NCBI GenBank assembly: GCA_963662405.2
Contig: CAXXKT010000003.1
Coordinates: 320,001 to 384,000, forward strand
Direction: 5' to 3'
From: Syntrophales bacterium
GTDB lineage: Bacteria; Desulfobacterota; Syntrophia; Syntrophales; UBA2210
Length of the DNA: 64,000 bases
How positions within the stretch are numbered: the first letter of the stretch is position 1; every line of letters begins with the position of its first letter. The position numbers were made by a program, and so were the translations under genes. Below are positions 10,517 through 22,200 of this stretch, piece by piece. The notes under the pieces are model-generated. The model saw only the letters and a program-made list of their open reading frames with translations, was not told the DNA's origin and made no database searches.

Positions 10517-10957
10517 ATGATGTTTGAATCTAATATGATCTGCATGGCATGCGGATACCAGGGTTCTATCGATGCGCAAGGAGTATCCATAGAAGATTCG
10601 AGGTTAGACGGTTTCAGATACTTGGGACATGACTCGTTGATGGGCACAATGCACTATCGGTGTTCTCGGTGCCATTCCTTCCTTAAAGTCGATCCGATGG
10701 ATATCCTCAAAATGTATTCCACCGGACAGCCGACCGTGGGCCCTCCGGGAAAAGATTCATGTATTATTTCGGAGGACAACAACCTTCTCCGGCTGTTGCC
10801 CGATATAATTAAAGACGGAGTGCTCAGGCTAACAAGATATATCAGAGGGTCACATATTTCGAATTCAGACACTGAAACTCTGTTTACGAACAGCCCGCGG
10901 ACAGGTTTTAGCGGATCCGATGATCTGGATAAATCTGAAATTCAAGCCAGCCAGTGA
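10517..10957 (+). CDS. Hypothetical Zn-ribbon protein
   Basis: CMAC and CSRC pairs; RBS aggggg. Confidence 0.6.
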   Translation: MMFESNMICMACGYQGSIDAQGVSIEDSRLDGFRYLGHDSLMGTMHYRCSRCHSFLKVDPMDILKMYSTGQPTVGPPGKDSCIISEDNNLLRLLPDIIKDGVLRLTRYIRGSHISNSDTETLFTNSPRTGFSGSDDLDKSEIQASQ

Positions 10958-11233
10958 CTACACTTTGTTTGCTTCTGCCCCGGCCTCGTCTTCATCGAAG
11001 CAACTGTCGTAACACGCGAGGGTTGAACCTATTCCCGCAACTTGGGAATCTGGAACGACCTGGCATATTGAACTGCTGGCTCGGGTCGCCCGCTTTATTC
11101 GCCGCATGGGCGCGAAGTGGCAGGGATTCACCTCGCTGCCACAGGTACGCAGGTAGACAGTAAGAGCCCCATGGTGAACAGTAGAATACTGAAGGAAAAC
11201 TAACATATCTTATAAATTTTAAGGGGGATCGTC

Positions 11234-11785
11234 ATGAGCCAATACAAAATCACCGTTGTTACAGGAAGCCTTCGCCAGGAGTCATTCAACCGCAAGCGGG
11301 CAATTGCCATTGTAAAGCTTGCGCCGTCGGATTTCTCGTTCAAGTAGGTTCAAATCGGCGACTTGCCGCTCTACAACCAGGACGATGACGCGAACCCGGC
11401 CGAGTCGGTCAAACTGCTGAAGAACGAAATCAGGTCAGCTCAGGGCCTTCTGTTTATCACGCCGGAATACAACCGCTCAATCCTTGGCGTGCTCAAGAAC
11501 GCCATCGACAATGCCTCCCGTCCCTCCGGACAGAGTGCCTGGGCAGGCAAGCCCGCCGGTGTGCTGGGCGTTTCGCCCGGAGTTATGGGCACGTCCATGG
11601 CACAACAGCATTTGCGTAATGTTCTTGCGTCCCTGGATGTTCCGACGCTTGGTCAACCTGAGGCATTTATCCATGCGAAGGATGGATTGTTTGACAAGGT
11701 CGGCAACATTGGTACAGACAGCAAACAATTTCTAAAAAACTGGATGGACCGGTATATCGCATGAGTGAAAAAGCACGCTGCCTGA
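11234..11785 (+). pseudogene. NAD(P)H-dependent FMN reductase with nonsense codons
   Basis: GSLRQESFN, TPEYNRS, LKNAID; in-frame TAG 11345-47 and TGA 11762-64. Confidence 0.88.
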
Positions 11786-11940
11786 TGCAAGCAAAATAAA
11801 ATAACAGGCCAAATCACGGTTACAGTTATAGGTAAGAGAATTATAGTGATTAAAGGATCTTAAAGGAGAATGGGTGCCGGCGAGAGACGGAGAAAGAAAA
11901 GATTATGAGCAAACTGCAAAATGACGAAGGGCTGTCATCC

Positions 11941-12894
11941 ATGAAACCGGCTAACCCACGCATCCTGACGATCAATGGTGGATCGTCGAGTATAAAAATT
12001 GCGCTGTTTGAGATCGGTGATCAGTTCCGGTGAATTCTGTCGGGCGGGATTGAGCGGATTGGTCTGCCTGAAGCCACCTTGCAGGTGAAAGGCTTGAACT
12101 TGCGGGATAACTTTTCGCGATTAGTAACAGCACCGGATCACACGCAGGCGGTGGGTACACTGATGGATTGGATCGAGGAACGCATCGGATGTGATGCTTT
12201 GGCCGCGGTGGGGCATCGCCTGGGACACAAGCATGAGTTTCACCCCGACAGCCGGAGAATTTTCCAGCGGATGAACAGCTACGCGATCTACCGCATCACC
12301 GAGACGATCCGCGTGCTCCTATTCATGACGCTGGCGATCCTGGTCTTCAACTTTTATCCGTTGACGGCGGTGATGATCGTAATGCTGGCCCTGCTTAACG
12401 ACGGTGCCATCCTCTCGATTGCCTATGACAACGTTCATTACAAGGATCAGCCCGAGGCCTGGAACATGCACATGGTGCTGGGGGTCGCCACGGTACTAGG
12501 GGTCATCGGGGTTGTCTCCGCATTCGGCCTGTTCTATCTTGGCGAGCGTGTCTTCCATCTCGACCGCGCGCACATCCAGACGCTTATGTATTTGAAACTG
12601 TCGGTGGCGGGATATCTGACGATCTTCCTCACGCGCACGCGCGGCCCGTTCTGGTCCATACGTCCCGCGCTGATTCTATGGGTGGCCGTACTCGGCACGC
12701 AAATAGTGGCTACGTTGATCTCAGTTTATGGCTTGTTTATGACACCCCTCGGCTGGGGGTGGGCACTGTTCGTCTGGGGCTATGCTCTGGCTTGGTTTCT
12801 TGTGAATGACCGTGTGAAACTGCTCGCGTATCGGATTTTTGATCCCGACAAAGCCGAGACACCGGTCGGTTTGACTCCTCAGATCGCCAAGTAA
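11941..12894 (+). pseudogene. Chimeric remnant: acetate kinase N-terminus fused to P-type H+-ATPase C-terminus
   Basis: ILTINGGSSSIK...AVGHR (AckA, with internal TGA), then SRRIFQRMNSYAIYRITETI...LLNDG...TRTRGPFWS (type IIIA ATPase). Confidence 0.85.
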
Positions 12895-12988
12895 TATATG
12901 AGCGGTAGTGCCGCAGGATTTGACGACCCGGGACATGATCATAGCCTCTAACCAAAGTAGCAAAAATCAAGAACGGGGAGACACCTTA

Positions 12989-13777
12989 ATGAAGGACATG
13001 CCGAAAAGAAACTCACGACTGGTAGTCCTCTTGCGACATGGGGAAAGTGAATGGAACAGGGAGAATCTATTTACCGGATGGACTGATGTTGATTTGAGTA
13101 AACACGGCAAGGAAGAGGGGCTGGAGGCAAGCCGCGTCTTAAAAGAGTATGGGTTTTCGTTCGACGTCGCTTTCACATCCGTTTTGAAGCGCGCCATTCG
13201 GACTCTGTGGATCGTGCTTGACAAGATGAATCTTATGTGGATCCCTATCCATCGTGATTGGCGATTGAACGAACGGCATTATGGCGCCCTGCAAGGGCTT
13301 AACAAGTCCGAGACGGCCAGACAGTACGGCGAGGCACAAGTCAAGTCATGGCGTAGGAGCTATGACATCCGTCCGCCCGCCCTCGAAGAAAAAGATCCGC
13401 GACATCCCCGGCATGATGCACGTTACGGGAATCTCGGCAAATGGCAACTCCCGGCTACGGAATCCTTGAAAGACACTGTAGCACGAGTTCTCTCCTGCTG
13501 GCACGATTACATCGCTCCGGAGGTTTGTTCAGGGAAACGTGTACTGCTTGTAGCACACGGAAACAGCCTCCGTGCACTGGTTAAGTATCTCGACGACGTT
13601 TCTGACGCCGACGTCGCAAATCTGAACATCCCCACAGGAATTCCCCTTGTGTACGAACTGGACGAGGAGCTTCATTCCATCCACCATTATTACCTTAATG
13701 GTGCCGAACGCGTGCAAAAGGCGATGCAGGCCGTGGCAAATCAGGCGTCGCTGAAAGACCGGCAGGAGAAATCATGA
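12989..13777 (+). CDS. gpmA: 2,3-bisphosphoglycerate-dependent phosphoglycerate mutase
   Basis: [44 protein letters not shown]. Confidence 0.95.
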   Translation: MKDMPKRNSRLVVLLRHGESEWNRENLFTGWTDVDLSKHGKEEGLEASRVLKEYGFSFDVAFTSVLKRAIRTLWIVLDKMNLMWIPIHRDWRLNERHYGALQGLNKSETARQYGEAQVKSWRRSYDIRPPALEEKDPRHPRHDARYGNLGKWQLPATESLKDTVARVLSCWHDYIAPEVCSGKRVLLVAHGNSLRALVKYLDDVSDADVANLNIPTGIPLVYELDEELHSIHHYYLNGAERVQKAMQAVANQASLKDRQEKS

Positions 13778-14000
13778 TGCTTGCTTCCAACAAAACGAAG
13801 TTTGTGTGTACGATCGGACCGGCATCCGAATACCCCGATATCCTGCAGCAAATGCTGCATGCCGGGATGAATGTCGCCCGTATCAACTTTTCCCATGGCA
13901 TAAAACGGCGATCCACACCGTGTCTTCTCGCGGTTGGCAAGCCGGTGGGGAACATCCTGTTTATCAACGACGGTGTTATTCAGCCCCTTCATCACCGGAC
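13774..14000 (+). pseudogene. pyk: Pyruvate kinase N-terminal fragment
   Basis: [12 protein letters not shown]...[13 protein letters not shown], an internal deletion to ILFINDG, then homology lost. Confidence 0.85.
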
Positions 14001-14243
14001 AGGAACGGCGAAAAACCCTTTTCTTCAAAAGGCATATGTGAGTAGATGCGGTATATGGTCGAGAGGATATTGTGTGCTATTATATGTAGGAATGTATGAA
14101 AAGAAACTTTTCGCCTATGTTGTGTATGTCAGGAAAAAGGAGACGAGGGGCAACTGCAATTAACGTCGCACTTCAAACGGAGTAATGATTATAATGCATA
14201 CGTCCCAAGCAAATAATTCATAACGAGTCAAAGGGGAACAGAA

Positions 14244-16139
14244 ATGCCGCCAAGTGAAAAGAAAGCACCTCTGAAAGATTTAAAGGATAAGGTCCATGCA
14301 CTATTTGCTCCTGTGGGCATAGAAAACAAGAAGGGCGCCTTGTCCTCCAAGACGCATTTCAGTATCTGGTATTTCCTGATTACCTTTCTATTAATTGTCT
14401 ATTTGCAGCAGTACTTTTTTTCTCCCAAGGTGGATACAATTCCTTACAGCCAGTTCAAGCAAAACCTTGTATCCGGCAACGTGGCAAAATTGGTTATCAG
14501 CTCGGAGAACATCAAAGGAACATTCGGAAGTGCCGGAGAAACGCCGGAACGGGCGTTCATAACGCTACGGGTAGATGATCCCAATCTGGTCAAGGAACTG
14601 GATGAACATAAGATCGATTACTCCGGACACTACGAAAGCAAATTGCTGGGCACCATTCTTTCCTGGATCCTCCCTCTCGGCATCATGCTTTTGATCTGGC
14701 GGTTTGCCATAAAAAAGATGGGCCCGGGGATGGGCGTGATGTCATTCAGCAAGAGTAAAGCAAGGCTTTTTGCCCAGAATGAGACGATGGTTACCTTTGC
14801 CGATGTGGCGGGCATCGATGACGCCGAAGAAGAGCTTCTGGAAGTAGTGGAATTTTTGAAAAATCCGGACAAGTTCCAGAAGTTGGGAGGGAGAATCCCC
14901 AAAGGGGTACTGCTGGTCGGCCCGCCGGGGACCGGCAAAACCCTGCTTGCCAAAGCGGTAGCTGGCGAGGCAAAAGTGCCGTTCTTCAGCATCAGTGGGT
15001 CCGAGTTCGTGGAGATGTTCGTCGGCGTGGGAGCATCGCGTGTGCGCGACCTTTTCTCTCAAGCCGCCAGTCAGGCTCCCTGCATTATCTTCATCGATGA
15101 ACTGGACGCGCTGGGGAAAGCCCGAGGAATCAACGTCCTGGGTGGAAATGACGAACGGGAGCAGACACTAAACCAGCTCTTGGTCGAGATGGATGGATTC
15201 GAATCGAATAAAGGTGTCATCATCATGTCAGCCACTAACCGTCCGGAAATACTTGATCCTGCCCTTTTGCGTCCGGGAAGGTTTGATCGGCAGGTCCTGC
15301 TGGACCGTCCGGATATAAATGGGAGGGAAGCAATCCTGAAGATCCACTCCCGAAAGGTCCTTTTGGACCCCGAGATAGATCTCCGCAAGATCGCCGGTCT
15401 CGTTCCAGGCTTTGCCGGCGCGGATCTGGCGAACCTCGTCAATGAGGCTGCCCTTCTGGCTGCCCGGAAAGACAAGGAAACGATCGGGGCGGCGGAGTTC
15501 GATGCGGCTATTGATCGGGTGGTGGGTGGGCTAGAGAAAAAGAACCGGGTGATGAATCCTCAGGAAAAGAAAATTGTGGCCTTTCACGAGTCCGGACATG
15601 CCATTGTGGCTGAATCCGTCAAGCATGCAGATCCGGTGCACAAGATATCCATTATACCCCGCGGGATTGCGGCGCTCGGATACACCCAACAACAGCCGAT
15701 GGAGGATCGCTACTTGTTGACGCGCCCCGAGCTGCTGGACCGACTGGCCGTTCTTTTAGGGGGAAGGGTGGCGGAAGAACTGGTATTCGGAGAAATATCA
15801 ACAGGGGCTCAAAATGACTTGCAGCGAGCAACCATCATTGCACGGTCTATGGTTGCGGAATATGGCATGAGCGATCGCCTTGGACTGGTGACCTATGAGT
15901 TCACTCGTCAGCCGATGTTTCTTCCGGAAAACTATACCCCCAATAAAACTTGCAGCGAAACAAAGGCGACCCAGATTGATGAAGAAATCTCTGCTGTGAT
16001 GGAACAAACTCATCAAAGGGTACGCAAAATTCTGTCTGACCGCCGGAAAGTGCTGGATAATCTCGCCCATCTTTTGTCAGAGAAAGAAATTGTGCAGGGA
16101 GACGAACTCCGGCAGATGTTAAACGATTCGACCGCCTGA
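14244..16139 (+). CDS. ftsH: ATP-dependent zinc metalloprotease FtsH
   Basis: Two TM segments, [27 protein letters not shown]. Confidence 0.97.
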   Translation: MPPSEKKAPLKDLKDKVHALFAPVGIENKKGALSSKTHFSIWYFLITFLLIVYLQQYFFSPKVDTIPYSQFKQNLVSGNVAKLVISSENIKGTFGSAGETPERAFITLRVDDPNLVKELDEHKIDYSGHYESKLLGTILSWILPLGIMLLIWRFAIKKMGPGMGVMSFSKSKARLFAQNETMVTFADVAGIDDAEEELLEVVEFLKNPDKFQKLGGRIPKGVLLVGPPGTGKTLLAKAVAGEAKVPFFSISGSEFVEMFVGVGASRVRDLFSQAASQAPCIIFIDELDALGKARGINVLGGNDEREQTLNQLLVEMDGFESNKGVIIMSATNRPEILDPALLRPGRFDRQVLLDRPDINGREAILKIHSRKVLLDPEIDLRKIAGLVPGFAGADLANLVNEAALLAARKDKETIGAAEFDAAIDRVVGGLEKKNRVMNPQEKKIVAFHESGHAIVAESVKHADPVHKISIIPRGIAALGYTQQQPMEDRYLLTRPELLDRLAVLLGGRVAEELVFGEISTGAQNDLQRATIIARSMVAEYGMSDRLGLVTYEFTRQPMFLPENYTPNKTCSETKATQIDEEISAVMEQTHQRVRKILSDRRKVLDNLAHLLSEKEIVQGDELRQMLNDSTA

Positions 16140-16227
16140 GGTATCAATGCGGGAGCGTTTCCTTTGCGCTGCCGCTGTTGCAATGGGGTGATCTATAAGA
16201 TTCTTCACAACTCTTTAACAAAAAGGA

Positions 16228-19200
16228 TTGAAAGTGGATTTAATCAACAAGACTATTCCCTGGATTCTATCCCATTTGCGGGCGAGTCTCCGTGGCAACG
16301 ATTTGACACAAAAGTGTGCATCTTTCGAACCGCCCCTGAGAGCAGAGTTATTCAGCGCTGATCAAATGGAGCAGCATGGTAAGATCCTCGCAGGCTCACA
16401 CGAGGTAACCCCCAGGCACGCCCCGGATCGGCTTCTGCGACGGCTGGATGAAAATGAAGACCTGCTGATTGGAGTACACCATTTAACGACGGAAACGGCT
16501 AAGGCAAACCGTCGGATCACGCCTGCCGGGGAATGGCTGCTGGACAACTTCTATCTGATTGAGGAGCAGATTCGAACTGCCAGGAGGCATTTGCCGAAAG
16601 GGTACAGCCGGGAGCTTCCACACCTGATGAATGGTCCTTTGGCTTCTCTGCCGCGCGTATATGACATTGCGCTGGAGATGATCTCGCATGGCGACGGGCG
16701 AGTCGATCCGGAGATTCTCAGCAGATTTGTAGCCGCGTACCAGACCGTAACCCCTTTGAAATTAGGCGAGTTGTGGGCCATTCCCATCATGCTGCGTCTG
16801 GCGCTGATCGAGAATCTCCGGCGTGTTGCCGCCCGGATCGCTACCGATAGAATCGATCGCAACCTGGCCGATTACTGGGCGGACCAGATGACGGAAAGCG
16901 CCGTGAAGGACCCGAAGAGCCTGATTCTAGTGGTCGCAGATATGGCGCGGTCGGACCCACCGTTGGTGAGTTCTTTTATAGCGGAAATTACGCGGCGTCT
17001 GCAGGGACAAGGCCCTGCCCTGTCGTTGCCGCTGACCTGGCTTGAGCACCGGCTGTCTGAGTTCAACCAGACGATTCAGCAAATGGTCCTGGTGGAAAAC
17101 CAGCAACAAGCTGCAGATCAGGTATCCATGAGCAACAGTATCAGCAGCCTGCGATTTCTGGGTGCAATGGACTGGCGCGAATTCGTCGAGACGATGAGTG
17201 GGGTCGAACGGGTGCTGCGCGAAGACCCCCGCGGTGTTTACGGTACAATGGATTTTTCTACCCGCGACCGTTACCGCCATGTCGTCGAAAAGATTGCAAG
17301 ACACAGCCGGTTTTCAGAAAGCGAGGTGGCGCGAACGGCGATAAGACTGGCGCAGGAGGGCGCGAACGGGAAAGAGGGCAATGATCGCACGGCACATGTC
17401 GGTTTTTACCTGATCGACAAGGGATTGCCGCAACTCGCACGGACGTTGAAGGTACGCCTTTCCCCATCTGAGCGTCTTCGTAAATGGAGCAGCCGGTTCT
17501 CCCTATTCCTCTATCTTGGCGCCATAGCCCTGATAATGGCAATCTTTGCCGGGGGGGGCCTTGCGAAGGCACATGTCGGCGCCTTGCCGGGATGGGCCAT
17601 GGTTCTGATCGCGCTCCTCTTTGGTCTGGGCGCAAGCCAACTGGCCGTTTCCCTGGCAAACTTGCTGGCAACACTGCTTGCGACACCCCACCCACTGCCG
17701 CGCATGGATTTTTCCAAAGGGATACCGCCGGAATTCCGCACGCTGGCCGTGATTCCGACGATGCTCACCAGCACGCAGAATATAGAAAAGCTGATCGAGG
17801 CGCTTGAAGTGCGGTTCCTGGCCAATCGGGATGCGAACCTGCATTTCGGACTGTTAACCGATTTTCAAGACGCACGTCAGGAAAAGCTCCCTGAGGATGA
17901 GCCGCTGTTGCGGCTTGCACGGCAAAGAATCGAAGAATTGAATGCCCGGTACGTTAATTCCCAAGAAGACACCTTCTTTCTTTTTCATCGCCCGCGCCTG
18001 TGGAATCCTGAGGAGCGGATCTGGATGGGTTACGAGCGCAAGCGGGGAAAACTGGCGGCATTGAATGCACTCCTGCGCGGCGAGGACCGCGCGAGCGAGT
18101 GTTTTTCACTCGTTATAGGTGACATAAAAGTCTTGTCGAACGTAAAGTATGTGATCACACTGGACACGGACACGCAACTGCCGCGCGATGCGGCGCAGCA
18201 GTTTGTAGGTGCCATGGCACACCCGCTGAACCGTGCAAGGTACGATGAAAAAAAACAGCGTATTTGTGATGGCTATGGCATCCTTCAGCCGCGTGTGGCT
18301 GTAAGTCTGACCGGCATGAACCGGTCGCGATATGCGATAATGTACGGAGACGAACCCGGGATCGATCCCTATACCCGCGCTGTATCCGATGTCTACCAGG
18401 ACCTGTTTGGCGAAGGTTCGTTCATCGGCAAGGGCATCTACGACATCGAGGCCTTCGAGCGAACGCTCAAAGGACGTTTCCCCGAAAACCGGATCCTCAG
18501 CCACGATCTTCTGGAGGGGTGTTATGCGCGGGCGGGGTTGCTAAGCGATGTCATGCTCTACGAGGAATATCCGCCTCGCTACAATGCAGACGTGAACCGC
18601 CGGCATCGCTGGATTCGCGGTGATTGGCAGCTCCTGCAATGGGTGTTGTCGGGCGTTCCCGGACCAGACGCGCGTCTTCAAATAAATCCACTCTCATGGT
18701 TGTCCCAGTGGAAGATATTCGACAACCTTCGGCGCAGTCTCGTGCCAGCGGCGTTGACACTCCTGCTGTTGCTGGGCTGGACGGTTTTGTCCTCGGGCCA
18801 GGGGGACTGGGGGGCCTGTTTCTGGACCCTGTCGGTGCTCGGCATCATCCTGATTCCCTCTATGATTAGCTCTTTTTTGCAAGCACTGCGTAAGCCGGAC
18901 GATGTGCTTCTGAGTCAGCACCTCAATTCTGTTTTGCACTCCGCCGGCCGGAGTCTCGCTCAGGCGACCTTTACACTTGTCTGTCTTCCATACGAGGCGT
19001 TTTTCAGTCTCGATGCGATTGTGCGCACGGGCTGGCGGATGCTGGTTGCCCACAAGCGGCTTCTCGAATGGAACTCGTCGGATGAACGATTCGGCAGTGA
19101 CCGCGCAGACCTTGGCTCTTTTTGCTGGTCCATGTGGATCGCCCCGGTTCTTGCCGCTGCCGCGGTGATCGATCTGATGTTTTCGAGACCGATGTCCTTA

Positions 19201-22200
19201 GTGGTGGCCGGTCCCATACTGGGACTCTGGTTTGTCTCTCCTGTTGTCGCCTGGTGGATCAGCCGGCCGCTGGTTCCCCTCGAAGCACGGCTGACTGCCG
19301 ACCAGACCGCCTTTCTCCGGATGGTTGCCCGCAAAACCTGGTCTTTTTTTGAAACCTTCGTCGGCCCGGAAGATCATTGGCTGCCCCCTGATAATTTCCA
19401 GGAACATCCCAATGCTGTCATCGCGCATCGCACGTCGCCGACTAACATGGGCCTGGCCCTTCTCGCCAATTTGTCCGCCTACGACTTCGGTTACCTCTCG
19501 GCGGGACAACTCATCGAGCGCACGGCACAGGCATTCCATACAATGGAAGCATTGGAACGATACCGAGGCCACTTCTACAACTGGTATGATACGCAATCCC
19601 TGCAACCGCTGCAACCTGCCTACATCTCGACCGTGGACAGCGGAAACCTTGCCGGTCATCTGCTGACCCTGCGCCAGGGGCTGCTTGCGCTTCCCGACGA
19701 TCCCATCCTGGGACCGCGATGGCTTGAGGGAATCAACGATACGGTCCGTGTCCTCGTGGGCATCGACGGGAAAACTTTTTCGGACCAACTCGCAGACCTG
19801 CAAAAACTGCTGACGTCCGCAATTAATTCCCCGCCCGCCACGCTGGCGGCGGCGAGATTGTGTCTGGAACAATTGGCAACATCCGCCGCAGAAGCGGCTA
19901 CCGGCATCAATGCCCTTGATGCTGACCCCGAGAACCAGGCGCAGTGGTGGACGCGCGCCCTTGCCGGGCAATGCCAAACCGCCCTCGATGATCTGACGTT
20001 TCTCGCGCCAAGGGCATCCTTGTCGTTATCATCGGACAGGGAAAGTCGCTGCGAGATGTCGGGTATCGATAACATCCCGACGCTGCGTCAATTGGCCGAT
20101 CTTGACGGAGAGGCGAATGCAGAGATAAGCCGGCGTGCCAAGGTAAGAATCGGTGCTATCGAAGGACTGGCACGGCAAATCGACGAAATCGCCTATATGG
20201 AATACGACTTTCTGTTCGACAAGGCATGCAATCTCTTGTCTATTGGTTACAACGTCAGTGAACGCCGGCGGGATCTGAGTTACTACGATCTGCTGGCTTC
20301 GGAAGCAAGATTCTGCAATTTCATCGCGATTGCGCAGGGACAACTGCCTCAGGAGAGTTGGTTCGCCCTGGGACGACTTCTGACCACTGCTGGTGGAGAA
20401 CATATTCTCCTTTCGTGGAGCGGTTCGATGTTCGAATATCTCATGCCACTTCTCGTGATGCCGACGTACGAACACACCCTGCTCGACCAGACCTGCAAGG
20501 TGGCAGTGGCTCGGCAGCTCGAGTATGGGAAGAAACGCGGGGTTCCCTGGGGCAGTTCGGAATCCTGCTATAACGCCATCGACGTTGATCTCAACTATCA
20601 GTATCGCGCCTTTGGCGTACCCGACCTTGGTCTCAAACGCGGGCTTGTCGAGGATCTTGTTATTGCGCCCTATGCCTCGGCACTCGCGCTGATGGTGGCA
20701 CCCGAAGAGGCCTGCTTGAACCTTGAACGACTGGCAGTTGAAGGTCTTGCCGGAACGTACGGCTTTTATGAGGCAATCGACTACACGCCGACACGCCTGC
20801 CGCAAGGACAATCAAGCGTTGTGATCCGCTCCTTCATGACACATCATCAGGGCATGAGCTTCCTCTCTCTGGCTTATGTGTTACTGGACCGTCCAATGCA
20901 GAAGCGATTCGAGTCGGAACCCATGTTCCAGGCGACTCTGCTGTTGCTCCAAGAGCGTATCCCCAAGGCAACAGCCTTCTTCGCGCACACCGCCGAGTTT
21001 TCCGACAGTTATGCAGCGCCCATGAATACGGAGGCACCGGTGCGCCTGTTCGGCACCCCGAACACGGCTAAACCGGAAGTGCACTTGTTGTCAAACGGCA
21101 GATACCACGTGATGATCACGAACGCAGGCGGCGGGTACAGTCGCTGGAAAGACCTGGCCGTCACCCGCTGGCGCGAAGACGGCACCTGCGACAATTGGGG
21201 CACATTCTGTTACCTGCGCGACGAGACAAGCGGGGAATTCTGGTCGACGGCCTATCAGCCGGCGCTCAAACAAGCGGATATGTACGAAACGGTCTTTACG
21301 GAGGCAAAAGCAGAGTTCCGTTGCCGCCACCTCGATCTCGATACACGGACAGAAATCGCCGTCTCACCCGAGGACGATATTGAGTTGCGCCGCATCACCA
21401 TCACCAACCGTTCCGGGAAACGCAGAACCATTGATGTCACGAGTTATGCGGAAGTCGTCCTCGCTTCGCCGGCCGCGGATGCGCTGCATCCGGCGTTCAG
21501 CAAACTCTTTGTTCAGACCGAGATCCTCCACCGGCAACGGGCAATTCTCTGCACGCGCCGACCCCGATCTCGGGACGAGCATACGCCCTGGATGTTCCAT
21601 TTGATGGCTGTGCACGGCGCGAATATCGGAGATATCTCTTATGAGACCGACCGCTCACAATTCATCGGACGCGGCAATACGGTTGTCAATCCACAAGCGA
21701 TGGGTGACGCATCGCTGCTCTCCGGCAGTGACGGTTCCGTACTGGATCCCATCGTCTCTATCCGTTATTACGTCACACTTGATGCGGAAGAAACGGCAAC
21801 CGTCAATATTGTCTCCGGCATCGGAGAGACTCGCGATGCGGCCTTAAGCCTGGTCGGAAAATATCAGGACCGACGTCTCGCGGACCGAGTTTTTGACCTG
21901 GCGTGGACACACAGCGATATTTTTTTGCGACAGATCAATGCCACAGAGACCGACGCACAACTCTATGGAAGCCTTGCCGGCTCAATGATCTATGCAAATG
22001 CAGTTCTGCGCGCCGATGCGAGCGTCATCTTCAAGAATCACCGCGGGCAATCCGGTCTCTGGGGCTACGCCATTTCCGGCGATCTGCCGATACTGCTCCT
22101 GCGGGTTGAAGATGCCGTCAACATTGACTTGGTGCGTCAAATTATCCAAGCCCATACCTATTGGCGATTAAAGGGTCTGAAAACGGACCTGGTGATCTGG

